Shown one piece after another: positions 11,901 to 23,570 of a DNA stretch of 60,000 nt (within the stretch, counting starts at the first letter, position 1; every line of letters starts with the position of its first letter). Position numbers and translations under genes: made by a program. A model generated the notes under the pieces. The model did not search any database. It was not told the DNA's origin and saw only the letters and a program-made list of their open reading frames with translations. The stretch is taken from assembly GCA_051294905.1 (NCBI GenBank), contig CM119371.1:13828001-13888000 (forward strand), written 5' to 3'. This stretch comes from Botryllus schlosseri. Lineage: Eukaryota.

Positions 11901-13283
11901 TATAACGCGAAACAATAACTTCATATTGTTAATTTATTCGCTAAAAGCTTTTCGACTAACTCTCATCATCTCACCATTCTGGCTAACAATTTTGTGGGGT
12001 ATTACGAAAAACGGTTATTCGAAGATATTGATCGACCATAAAGGTATCAAAGATATGTTGATGACACCTTCGCCATATTTGAAAATGAATCCCACTGTGT
12101 GATTTGTTTCTGAGCAAATTGAATGGTCTTCACCCATCACTGAAATTCACCATGGAAAAAGAGGTTAATAATTCATTAGCATTCCTTGATGTTGTAGTGG
12201 AAAAGCCGGGTGCTAATTTCGTTACATCAGTTTACCGTAAGCCTACATTCAGTGGGCAATACATTTCGTGGGATTCTTTCTGTCCAGTAAAACGTAAAGT
12301 AAATTTGATAAGAACTCTGGTACACAGGGCTCTGATGATTTGTAGTAAAGTCAAACTTGATTCTGAATTGGAGAACATTCGGTCAATCTTTCAGTCAAAT
12401 GGTTATCCTGATCATTTCATTAAAATGACCATAGATCGTAAACTCAAAGATTTCAGAAAAGTTAAACCGTTTGGACCTAGAAAATGTCCTGTTTATTTGC
12501 ATCTTCCTTGGATTGGGAAAGTGTCCAACAGGTTTGAAAATCAGATTAAATCGTCAGTGGGCCATTGTTTTTCACAAGTAGAACCTCAGATAATCTTCAT
12601 GACGAAATCTCTGATGCCTGCAACGCAAAAGGATGTGCTACCTGCCACAAATCAAAGCAACATAATCTACGAATACACGCGCCGATGTGACAGTCGGTAT
12701 GTAGGTCGCACGTCTCAGCGCTTGCAGCAAAGAATTCGTCAGCATGTCCCACGGCAAATTAGAATAACTAATGTTTCTCCAACTCCTTCATCGCAGTCTG
12801 TTGACACACTGCGTGATTATGATCAAGTTACTGCTTGTAATTCGGCTATTGGACAGCATCTCTTATCCCATCCAGAATGTGCTGATCCTTACAATGACAG
12901 TCAATTTTCTATACTTGCTCGTGGCCGTTCTCTTTTTCATTTAAAGGTCCTGGAATCTACGATCATAAAGCTACGAAAGCCGATTCTCTGTCGCCAGAAG
13001 GAACGCCTCTACACTCTTGGAATATTTCATTAATGTTATGTGTTGTGTTTTCGGTTATTTATAACCGAATATGTACTCGTTAACGTTTGTTTTGTACCGC
13101 TACTACCGTATCTAGCCCGTCTACTAGTTGTTTGTTTTTGTTATTATTACGTCATACAGACAAAATAGTTCTTACATTTCGAATTTGATTCATCCCATCA
13201 CTAACGTTCGCTACTGATGAGAGTTAGTCGAAAAGCTTTTAGCGAATAAATTAACAATATGAAGTTATTTGTTTCACGTTATT
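11901..13283 (+). mobile_element. Penelope-like retroelement, 5'-truncated, with an inverted copy of its 3' end at the 5' junction
   Basis: RT remnant PILANNFVGYYE...RYVDDTFAIF (stop and frameshift before 12104); ORF 12104-13033 with RT C-terminus and GIY-YIG endonuclease (IIYEY..RCDSRYVGRT.QRL.QRI.QH); 11901-11968 is the reverse complement of 13215-13282; inserted inside a hAT MITE whose right end lies at ~13345-13410. Confidence 0.9.
13200..13246 (+). ncRNA. Minimal type I hammerhead ribozyme motif in the Penelope 3' terminal repeat
   Basis: Stem I TTCGCTA (13207-13)/TAGCGAA (13240-46); core CTGATGA (13214-20); 1-bp stem II; GAAA (13230-33); palindromic AAAGCTTT stem/loop III; UH = UU (13238-39); ACTAAC (13200-05) complementary to loop-2 GTTAGT (13223-28). 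Confidence 0.8.
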
Positions 13284-13516
13284 CTGAAGTTCTGTACCAC
13301 AAATCACTTGTTCAAATATTTTTATTGCAATTCCCGATGCCTTAGCCGGCCGCACAAATTATTCCCACCGGTCGCATGAGGCCCGTTCGCCCTAGTTTGC
13401 CCACCACTTGACTTTAGAATGGAATTTGTGACTTTTTTTCGAGACGGATGACTCTGATCTGAACTCTTCTATTTCTATGACTACTTCCGTTTATTGACTC
13501 ACATGGGATGCAACCT

Positions 13517-14777
13517 TCATTCATCGAACTTGACATCTTCCTTGACTTTCAGACGAGTCACCTGGAAATAAGAAATTGTAAATAGCTGCGCCATAAAGAT
13601 TAATAGCTCGTGTAAATGTGTTCCGATCAGGAAAATCACCGATTATTTACATACAACCAGGCACTGCATCCTGATTATTGATTGACAGTGGCGTGAGGTT
13701 ATCATTCGCATGAATCGGAAATTGGCAAATATTAATATACGTGCAATATGGACCAATTTTAATGTTTCAAAACAAATCTTTGTGTAGATAGGTAAATTGC
13801 TGCATATTTACGGAACACATGTACTGCTACTGTCATGATTGCTGGCTAAAATCATAACTGGAACGCAGGGTTGTAATGACTCGAGTCATGACTTGACTCT
13901 ACTCAATTTTTGTATTGACTGGACTTGGACTCGAGTGATTGCGCATGACTCGAACCAAGTCATATGACTCGAGACTCAGACGCCCAAGTCCGACATTTCA
14001 TTGTAATTACGAAGAATAGAAAAGTATAACCACAATATTGGGATTTCGTTTATTGCTACTGGTAGTTGAAAATTCAACCAGAAACTGCTGAAAGAGAGGA
14101 AAATTAGTGTATCATAAATGCAAAATATTTGATATCACCAAACAAAGCTATAAAAAAGTGAATTTAAAAGAAATTTTACTGGAAACTGAGCTGGCAACAC
14201 AAATACTTGGACTCGAGCCATAATACCATGACTCGGACTCGACCCCCCGCTCGCGGTCTTGGACTCGGACTTGACTCGGTGGTGAATTGAAAATGACTCG
14301 ACTTGACTCAAGTCAGAACCATAAAAGTGAGATTGACTTGCGACTTGGTCACAACCCTCCTGAAACGTTTTACATGCATCCGTAACCCTAGTCTTCATTA
14401 AATATGAGCCTGGAAAGTGTGATTAATGAAAGCAATTGCAAGACAACTTGGTTAAAAAAATTATTCAACTCTGAATGTTTCTTTAGGCCAATACTTGACA
14501 CATTGATGAGCAAACCAGTAAGCAAATATCGTATCAATAAAAAATTAGATTGCACACCTTTCTAAACATTTAAATGTGTAATAACGACAAGAAAACTTAC
14601 AGTTTGGTTTGGAAAATATTGTCTTCTTCGTAACTTATCATTTCTTTTCATCATGCTTTTGAGACTAAGGCCATCATGGTACATAACAAACAGCATGCCA
14701 AACATTTCGATCTCTGACACTTCTACTTCACATATAAAGTAGGCTATGTTCCGTTGAAGAGTATATATTTCATATTT
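13517..14777 (-). other. Two splice-bounded exon-like segments (14777-14601, 13561-13517) of an unidentified minus-strand gene or pseudogene
   Basis: Acceptor catttcag, 177-nt open phase-0 exon, donor GTAAGT; next acceptor tttcttatttccag then VTRLKVKEDVKFDE*; the same splice signals and TGA are kept in copy B (55821-55637, 55101). Confidence 0.4.
13866..14359. mobile_element. hAT-type MITE (CAGGGTTGTAA family, gactcgagtc subterminal motifs)
   Basis: Ends CAGGGTTGT/ACAACCCTC; TSD ctggaacg/ctgaaacg; empty site in copy B near 55380. Confidence 0.85.
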
Positions 14778-14875
14778 CTGAAATGAACGAAGATGATATC
14801 ATCGGTAATGGGATCATGTTATAATGACTAGAATTGTAATGAATAGGGTTCCAATCATACAGAATATGTTATAAA

Positions 14876-16842
14876 CAGGGTTGCCATCGATATGGACCCA
14901 AAAATAAGGACAGTCGAAAAATTAGATTAGCATGAAAAATCGGTTTTGTACGTACTTTGTATTTGTACGAGGCGTGGCATATCAGATTCCATACTTTTCG
15001 CCAGAAGTAATCCGCTCCAGCAACTCCGTGTAATTAGAATGTGCTTCATTAATCTCACGACAGCTCAGGTCTAGGTTTATCTTTACTCGGGGCCGAAACA
15101 ACACTTCGTCAGTTATTCATCGACTGGCTCAAATTAATCATTATGACACACTTATTGTGTTTTGGGGTATCAATGTGAGTTGATATGGCGGTCTTTCCTA
15201 TGGCCTCCAGGTTAATGTCACAATTGCAGAGATTGCAATGTGAGAAACACTCGCCCTTCAAGCTTCGTTAGATACCTTTGAATTCTCTCTCATAATCGCC
15301 ACGAAAAACGTTTTTACGCCTGCTCATTTTAACTAATCAGATTCAGCCTTATTAGGAGCTAAAACTATATGCGCAAGTGCAATATAATTTAGATAAATTT
15401 ATTAATGAATTATAGCTTTACTACTTTTTAACCAATGTGTCGACTGCACTGCGTCTTTCTTCACTACGCAATATATGCTGCATTCCCCACAGCTTGAGCT
15501 TATTCTATGCTGTAAACAAAACAGCAGGAACCTGATTTACTGCTAAAATGATGTCAGCTGCGGTAGCTTGGTACAGACGAAACTGTTATACCAGCCACCA
15601 GTGTTGGGATCAAGTCACCACCTTCGAGTCACGAGTCATCTCGAGTCATTGCCCATTTTGACTCGAGTCAAGTCAAGTCAATCGATTTTAAAAGGTAACT
15701 CGAGTCAAGTCAAGTCACTCGTTTTTTGGAGGTGACTCGAGTCAAGTCGAGTCGAGTTAAGTCAAGTCAAGTCACGAGTCAAGTCAAAATTCAAGTCAAA
15801 TTGAATTTCCGAAATATGAGTCATGATGAAAAATCATTACCTTTCGCTAACTGGATTAAGGACAGATGAATTGGACATTTATCTTGAATCAAATAACGAA
15901 CATAAAGTTAAATATACATGCAAAACGATGTTGCAGCACTCACGCAAACGTAGAACTGCTAATAAAATACGCGAGTAATTGTACAGTTACATGCTACAGT
16001 ATGATTTTATCGGCTATGGAATGAATACGAGTCCTCGAGAAGTTGAAGAAATTGATTTGGTACAATACACTGCCCAACTACACATCCGTGAGAATATAAA
16101 CGCGTAAACTATATTCATTCGATTTATATCAAACAAGATGGTTGGTAAGGTGAGCACATCCGCAATGTAGGCACTAAGCCGTCTAAGAAACAAAGATACA
16201 CGCTGCGATTAGATTAATCTATTGCTACTACGATAACGTAAGCTGTGATTGTTTCGTTAGCGGTCAAATTATTTGTGATGTGACAATGGAGAATCAGTGA
16301 AACTTACAATCAGAGAATGACTGGTTGCTTTCAGAAGTGACACGGGCGTATCGCGAACAACCCGAACGTACATAAGATATGGTAATTTAATCGACACAGT
16401 TTACTTGATGACGTGAAATTGACTCGTGAATTTTGCTCCGAGTCACGAGTCAATCCACGGTTCTGAAGCGCCGAGTCAAGTCAAGTCAAGTCATTATTGC
16501 AAATAGACTCGAGTCGAGTCAAGTCACACGAAAAAGGTGACTCGAGTCTGACTCGACTCAAGTCATGACTCGAGTCATCCCAACACTGCCAGCCACTGCC
16601 CTAGCTATCTCACCACTGGGAAGTAAAATCGTATGGTGTGTACGTCATAATTTTAGAATATCATGCAACACAGATATCAGAGCGAAACAATCGAATTCCT
16701 GCAGTGGTTGAAAATATGACAAAATAAGGACGCAAGTCGAAAATAAGGACATTTCTTAGAAATAAGGACAGTTGAGTTTTCTAAGACGTGGCCTTTCAAA
16801 ATAAGGACAAATCTTAGAAATAAGGACGGTATGGCAACCCTG
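14876..16842. mobile_element. hAT-type non-autonomous element (CAGGGTTGCCAT family) hosting a nested MITE
   Basis: TIR CAGGGTTGCCAT/ATGGCAACCCTG; perfect TSD GTTATAAA; aataaggac subterminal repeats. Confidence 0.9.
15599..16588. mobile_element. hAT-type MITE (CAGTGTTGGGAT family, gagtcaagtc arrays)
   Basis: TIR CAGTGTTGGGAT/ATCCCAACACTG; perfect TSD CCAGCCAC. Confidence 0.9.
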
Positions 16843-17214
16843 GTTATAAACCTGCAACACGGCTGATGCATGAGTCCGACTGTGGTTGCGGTTTACGGTT
16901 TACAGTGGAACGCTCTACAGTGTTTTGATAGTAGCAAAATTTTAGCTCATACATACATAGTTACATACGTATCATTAGTTATGATACGCTCGTCCTGGCC
17001 GTAATTGGGTATCGGCCGACGGAAATTGCATGTGACCAGTAGGCGAATAGCGACTGTTGTTATGGCATGTAGTGTGGAGTGACGTACAAAGTGGGTGTTC
17101 AAGTTATAAATCTAAATCCTGTCTATGCCAATTGCCCATTCCACCCATTCCACGCGGACGAGCACGGACCAATCCTTTTGTCCGCATCAATATGACCGTA
17201 AACATTTTTTACAG

Positions 17215-17394
17215 GCATGCCTTGTCGAACAAGGAAACGTGGAAGTTACAATTCAAGATCAGACAGTCAAGCTTCCGAAGAGGTCACAGTTCCAAGTGCC
17301 ATACCTGAACTCATATTCCATAAGGAACTTGACCGATCAGGATGCAGTCCTCTTTTACACCCTGAATGTGCGTCAAAGCGCCCTTCCAGCCTAA
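17215..17394 (+). CDS. Orphan terminal exon encoding a CENP-C/Mif2-like cupin domain fragment
   Basis: Acceptor ttttttacag ends at 17214; ACLVEQGNVEVTIQDQTVKLPKRSQFQVPYLNSYSIRNLTDQDAVLFYTLNV fits the CENP-C cupin pattern (V..G.V.VTI.....L.....F.VP..N.Y.IRN.....A.L.F); TAA at 17392-17394. Confidence 0.65.
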   Translation, partial: ACLVEQGNVEVTIQDQTVKLPKRSQFQVPYLNSYSIRNLTDQDAVLFYTLNVRQSALPA

Positions 17395-18049
17395 ATGTAC
17401 GTTGTGATTGTCCGGTAATATAGATGCTTCCAGGTTGATCCGCCAAATATTAGTATGATTATTTTCAATAGGCGCCGGCAATAATTTGATCGAAAGACCT
17501 GGAACTAATGACTTACAGCTCTGCGGGAGATAGTCGCGTCCGCTTTATGCAGCAGGAACATGAAGCACTTAGGAAAGTTTAACAGCACGCTGAAGTACAA
17601 CGACATGACTCTTCACGGCATACACAGCGAATGTCAATTTCTGAGCTCATCCATCTACATCTAGAGCTCTCCACTGGCCTACGAGCAGCTCAGCACTGCG
17701 CACAGCGATATTTATTCCAGGGTTACGCATGGGTCGCAGCATTACATGGCGCATTTCATTGTAGTGCTTCCTGTGAAGAGTGTCAGCCGCATTTCAGGTC
17801 TGGGTCATCAGACTATGGGCAATATTCCTCTGTGAGGAATGTGAATGCATAGCAATATCACGAGTTGGGCTACTGGGCTAGGTACCCTTTGACTACCAGT
17901 ATTGTGTCCAAGAATGGCAGCGTGCTATACTGTGCAATCATGTCTTTCAGGTTGTCTTAGGTTTTTGTTTTCTTTTTAAAATTGTTACACACGCATTGTA
18001 CAATACAATGGGACACAATGTGTTGTAAGGAACAGATGGGAGGAAGTGT

Positions 18050-18315
18050 AACGACCAGCTGTGGTCTCTTAAACTGGCATCTACCTCAACTTAGTTGCAC
18101 GATGTCACAGCTCCTCGGTTGTCTCTATTCCGCAGCTCTTTTGTTGCTCTTTCCAGTCCTTACAAATGCGATCTTTCATCGGGTCTTTTTCTGAGCTTTT
18201 TTTGTCGCCCTAACAAATGCAACGCGAGGAAAGAGGAGGCAGGAATAACCTCCGTCGCGAAATTTATCTCGGGCCGCAGGCGCTTATCGTCACCACTACG
18301 CTATCTCCTCCGTAT
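18050..18315 (-). mobile_element. Degenerate tRNA-headed repeat (SINE-like)
   Basis: Minus strand GAGATAGCGTAGTGG A-box head shared with other SINEs here; body shares short motifs with 58530-58680; no clear B box. Confidence 0.4.
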
Positions 18316-20190
18316 GGCAGGTATCACTAAGGTTACAAATGTCTAGACTGTGTTTACATCTGTCACACACTCATGTGTCACTCCTGGTCTGTGATAAAGT
18401 CTGTCCAACTGTTACACAGTTTAGTACCCAGATTAGACTAGTGATTGCGGGCAGTTTAGCATATTGACAGTTATAATTCATGTTTTGTCTGGTTGAAAGA
18501 TGACACGGGGCATTCAGAACACGTTATTCCATAAATAGCCAGCAAAATTTGAATACTGAAGTTAGTTTTGAACAACTTCCGTCTTTAGGTCTGTGTGTGT
18601 GTTCATAAAAGTTGTTTAAAAAACCATTTGATAATTTCATTGGCTAGGTGAAAAAATTGGTAATTACCTTAAAAACACTCTAAACCAAATTCGACTCATT
18701 TGCAATCAGAAGATGCAAAGTAAAGACAAATCTATGAAATAATAGTATTCATGTTGGTAAATTTCATCACTCAGCTATGATAAAAAAAATGTGCTCCATG
18801 CTTAATAGCTGGTTATCAGTCAACTTCATCGAGATAGCCTCATTTTACTACGGCGTAAATCACTGATTCCCAATAAACAAACATGTATGTCCACGTCCAC
18901 CTATATTTACTAAGCATATCAAAGTGTATAATAATTTGAGAAAGCGCTACAGAACGGAGGTATATATCACAGTACAGAAAGAAAGGTGCTGCAACGAAAC
19001 TGGAAATTGCTATCTGTTCTCCCCTACTGTTTAATAGTCCCACGTAAGGATGAAGAAAAGAATGACTAGGATCTGTAGAAAAAAATAGCATAGATATGTA
19101 TCTCCCCTCTCCACAGATTAGTCTTGAAGATTTATGGTGATGCTTGCACAAAAGACTGTATATCTCAAGGATCAACGACAGCGGCTGTGAGCTGGGGAAG
19201 GCTGGGACTCTGACAGTTCGGGCTTGTATGGCCGTAAGCGAGACAGGTCAAGTGCCAGGCGCGGCGTTGTTGCAGGAAGCTCGTAGACATCAGAAGGCAG
19301 GCTGTCCGGTTAACCTCACGCTGGAACATGGGTGGGCAAAGATCCTGGAACGTTGTCGTTGTACATTTTGGGTGCCCGGGCACAGAATGGCGTCTAGAGA
19401 CCGAAGAGTTGTCGCATCTGTATGGTTACGCAGCCAGACCCGTGAACACGAATGACATACTGGTGATGCTGGCATACCTCGACGACCATGCCTGTTCTCT
19501 TCCAGCATTTTGGGTGGTTTCCTACGAAGTTTTGCAATTATACATGGTCCATGACTTTTAAAGCTGGTAGCGTCTTGATGTGTTTGCTCCATTTTTCACA
19601 TTTCCAACAGTGTTGCCGTGCGATAGCAAGTTCCCAATAGGCTACGATCTCTCGCCATGATTCATGGGGTAGCCTAAGCAGCATGATATGGAATCTGGAT
19701 AGCATCGCGAATCGGGTGTCCGAATATAATCATTGCAGGAGATACTTTAGTCACCGTGTCAATAGAATCGCTGTAAAGCAGAATGGCTCGTTTGAATTTG
19801 TCAACATCTAATGACCCGTCACTGGATGTGTTTTGCATAATCATCCGAAGATATGCTGTTTCTTACTCCCCATTACTTTAGGAATGCCTAGTTCTTTCCT
19901 GCAGTTAACTGTGGCCCGCTATCAGTTGTCAACACATCCCAAATACCGAAAGTCACGAAGGCTGGCCGTGGCTGCGAGATGGGTCCATCAGCACCAGTGT
20001 TCGAGTGATACGCGATCGACCAGTTCAAGTGCCGAAATGACAATATGGTCTTTCCCATTGTAGGAAAAGTAATCGCTGCAGATCCTCTGGAAAGGGCGGC
20101 GCGTCAGGAAGGCTGGAGCCGGCATGGGGTTACATTTCGCGATCCTGTGGCAGTGACCACGCTGGTCTCTAATGCGTGAAATGTCCGCTG

Positions 20191-20427
20191 TTGTTGGTAT
20201 TCATGGTGTTTTTCGATTACTATGGTCATTTACACCAGGCTAATTTTTTTATTTTCATTCCGCAGCGCGAACCAATTCTAGACTCGGCACCGCTTAGACG
20301 GATGAGGTGGCAAGGAGCAGTCTAGATAATCCCTCAACACTTGGATAGGAATTCTGGAGTCGAACTCTAACCCGCAACCTATTGGTGTTGCAGCTGTGGA
20401 TTATACCACTACGCTATCTCGCCACAC
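20191..20427 (-). mobile_element. tRNA-derived SINE inserted in the Gypsy integrase
   Basis: A box TAGCGTAGTGG, B box GTTCGACTCC; same family as 35979-36210; degenerate TSD atgtccgctg/atgtcgactg. Confidence 0.8.
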
Positions 20428-22227
20428 AGATGTCGACTGTGATTAGTGGCCAAGAAACTGAGTCCCTCGCCCTAGCATGCATGGCAGAAGTGCACTGATG
20501 GCCGGCATGCAACACGATATAGATCTCAAGGCACAGACTCGAGGGTAGCACAGTCCGTTGTCCTGTGAGACTAACTAATGCCTTCCACACTGCTGAGCAT
20601 TGATGAGAACATGTGGTAAGTGCGCATGCTCGCGAGCATGGCGCAGAGGTCGGTCGGGAAACCTTCACTCATATATAGGTTCGGGTTGTCAAAGGTGGTT
20701 ATCAGAAGAAGAAGCTTCGCGTATCATGTCCCATGTGCAAACTGTCGTCGAGACCCGATGACTGTCGGTGACAGCAGCAACGGTTGAAGCATCGTCTGCA
20801 AAGTCTGGCTCATGTGCCAGTATTGGAATCTTGGACCTCATCTTCGGGTGCCTCTCCAGGCAGCTCAAGCCGGATGGGCGCGCCATGCGGGTTCCTGGAT
20901 ACTGCATCTACAATGTGATTGCTCTTGCCGGGCATGTTGACATCAAGGGAATTTTCCTTGAGGATGAGAAGCCTTCTTTTGCTGATGTCTGACAGGTACC
21001 TGTCGTTGAAGACTCTCACAAGTGGCTAATGATCAGTGAAGACGATCAGCTAGGTGCACCGAAAGTCGTAGTACCTCGTTTGGTGCGCACGTGCGACATC
21101 TAGTGATTCGCCCGCGATGAGGGCGTATCGGCTTCCAGCTGGCTGAGTAAAACGGCTACCAACGAGACACCGTTTCCATCCATCCGGACAACAAGACGGT
21201 GTCGCCGGAGCGCACTTGCAGTACTTCTGTATCAGGAAAAAGCCAATCCCGGTGACAAACCAGTCAGGCGTGAGGCACGTTGATCGGCTATGGTCAAAAA
21301 GTCTCACATCATTCTCAATTTCAGAAATGACTGCTTCTTTCGACAGTTGAAAGGCGTGTTCCGATTCTTCAGAGCAAGTGAATTTCCGGGCCGGTGTCAG
21401 CAGATCCCTGAATGACGTCATCTGCTGTGCCATGGCAAAGGTATACGGTGTACGCTGCTTAATTCACAAGTCCTAAACATGCTCGCACACCGGTAATGTC
21501 AGCAGGTATAGGGAAGTCCCTAATTGGGTTGAGCAACTTCGTGCATGGCGGATGTTTGTCATAGAAATCGTCAATCCAGCAAAGTACAATTCTTCTTGTG
21601 TGAATTAGAATATCTTCAGATTCAGAGTGGTGCCGCTGCGGGCACATAAATCAAGCCATCGGCACGTATGAAAGAATGCAGATTCAATATCCCTTGCCCA
21701 CATGCAAGTGTCATCGACACGCTTCACTTTGTCCGGGAACTCGGAGATAATCGTGTTGAAACATTGAATATATGAGTCAGCACTCGACAGGACACCTCGT
21801 ATCTATAGCATCCCATGGCGTGATGAAGTCTGTAACGTGTCGGTCCTCCTTTCTGATTTGCACAGAGTGGTGGCCATTCCACTCATCGGCGACGGTTTTC
21901 AACATGCCCTGTGGCACTTTATCCGCTAAATGGAGTTGTACCAGGACATGATGTGTTTGTTGAACAGTGCGTTTGTTCTACAGTGTGTTTGTTCTACAGA
22001 GTGTTTGTTCTGAGGTTGCAGGTCGACCGTGAGCCTCGGGGAAACCATCTGCCTTGCTATTGACAGCCATCCGTGAGCACCCTGTAGTGAGAGTGTTTGT
22101 ACAGACCCTTTCCGGTCACTCCTAAACGCACATCCCTCTCTAGGTCAGAGTGTACCTGTTCTTGCCAGTGAATGGGAACCAGAGCGGGTTTCTGCGGCGG
22201 GTGTGGCATTCGGGTGAACATGCAATT

Positions 22228-22467
22228 GCAGCTCTTCCACTGTAATCAGGGGCAGAGGTTGGTGTTCGCATACATTGAACGTAGTCGAGTCGTAGTAATC
22301 CAGTAGCCTGTCCTTCAATCGTTGGACATGCTTCCTAGTTATTTTTTGGGGCAACATGCAGATGCAGCTCTTCCACTGTAAGCAGTGGCAGAGGTTGGTG
22401 TTTGCTTACATTGAACGTAGTTGAGTCGTAGTAATCCAGTAGCCAGTCCTTCAATCGTTGGACAAGC
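22228..22467. repeat. Local direct duplication (~105 bp, period ~135) within Gypsy pol; a 16-bp x3 tandem lies nearby at 21963-22011
   Basis: gcagctcttccactgtaa...gtccttcaatcgttggaca occurs twice; acagtgtgtttgttct x3. Confidence 0.8.
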
Positions 22468-22542
22468 TCCCCAGTTATCTTTAGTCCAAGAGGTCTGGAA
22501 GAGGTGGTGCCTGATGTCCACGGCCAGTGCAGGAGCAGACAG

Positions 22543-23570
22543 GATTATTATTATAATTATTAAATGTTTTCAGTGGTACTTATCACCTTTTAAGGTCTTG
22601 GACGCAAATAAGTACAGGAAAATTCAAGAAAAAAGGCACTCGGCATGACAAGGGCACTCAGATGTATCTACCACTTGATAGAATAAATTCAGCAACGGTG
22701 GTCGATAGGGCTGGGTTAGACAACAATTCAAACAGACTAAAATGAAGATTGAGCCTAGTACACTCTTCGCGCAGAAATCTGCGATAAAATTGATATTCCG
22801 GACATACAAAAACAAACTGGTACACCGTTCCGGGTACATGACAACGTTCACGAAGGGGGGAGGGAACACAATTGATTTTGAACAGATGACTTTTCAGCTT
22901 GCAGTGTCTAGTGCGGAGCCGGAACATGATGGAGTCGAAAAGACAATTGGAGAGCATCGGCGCAGGCGCGAGGATTGATTCTCGGAATTGACGGTAGTGC
23001 GACCCGGTGTCCGAAGAACGGTATTGGTCTTGCCAGAGGTCAACACACAGTGATCTGATTGCGGACTTGGCTTCTGGTAGTGACACTGTCGCTGAATCGG
23101 TTGAAGGAGGGCATAACGATGCCGTCCCAGCAAGTTCGTCGGCTTGGATATTTCCCGGCATCCCACAGAGTTACGTGGAGGCGCTGATTGGTAACCTGAA
23201 GTAACGATTCAAAGATATTGAGTAAAATTGCGTTGGTGCTGCACGGCAGCTGTGTTCTCGATACATTTGAAATGGATTTGAGGTCACCGAGACAATCTGA
23301 TAGAATGATATACTGGGAGTACGAAGAGTCATGTTTTGTAATCCACTTCAAGGCATGAAGTATGGCGCTAAATTCGGCGGAATAACTGGAATATACATTC
23401 GGTAACGCTTTGGATAATTGAACGGCGTAGGCGGGGGCATGGAGCACTTCGATATAGTCTCGCAAAGTTCGAGATCGACGTTTGGACACGGCGCGGTCCA
23501 CGGGGTGGGAAAAAAGGTTGGCTTGGTCTGCAGTTTCAATTCTCGCAATGAAGGTATCTGTGTGATTATA
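22543..23570 (-). mobile_element. 3' end of an RNase H-bearing non-LTR retrotransposon (I-group-like), inserted in Gypsy
   Basis: SYSAEFSAILHAL...IILSDC...PGNIQADELA (RNase H), then RLRTRHCKLKSHLFKI...C...TV..FVFVC (CCHC-like) and a (TAA)n tail. Confidence 0.85.

Larger units (their letters stand above)
4015..14851 (+). repeat. Segmental duplication, copy A (partner 45663-55895)
   Basis: Colinear homologous blocks, e.g. 4015-5880 vs 45663-47850, 7005-7369 vs 48024-48349, 9240-10640 vs 49950-53826, 13425-14851 vs 54965-55895. Confidence 0.9.

Noticed and set aside
15625..15800. gagtcaagtc arrays (also 16440-16580, 35700-35815, 36690-36810, 49335-49440)
   Set aside because: They lie inside TIR/TSD-bounded MITEs; not an independent array
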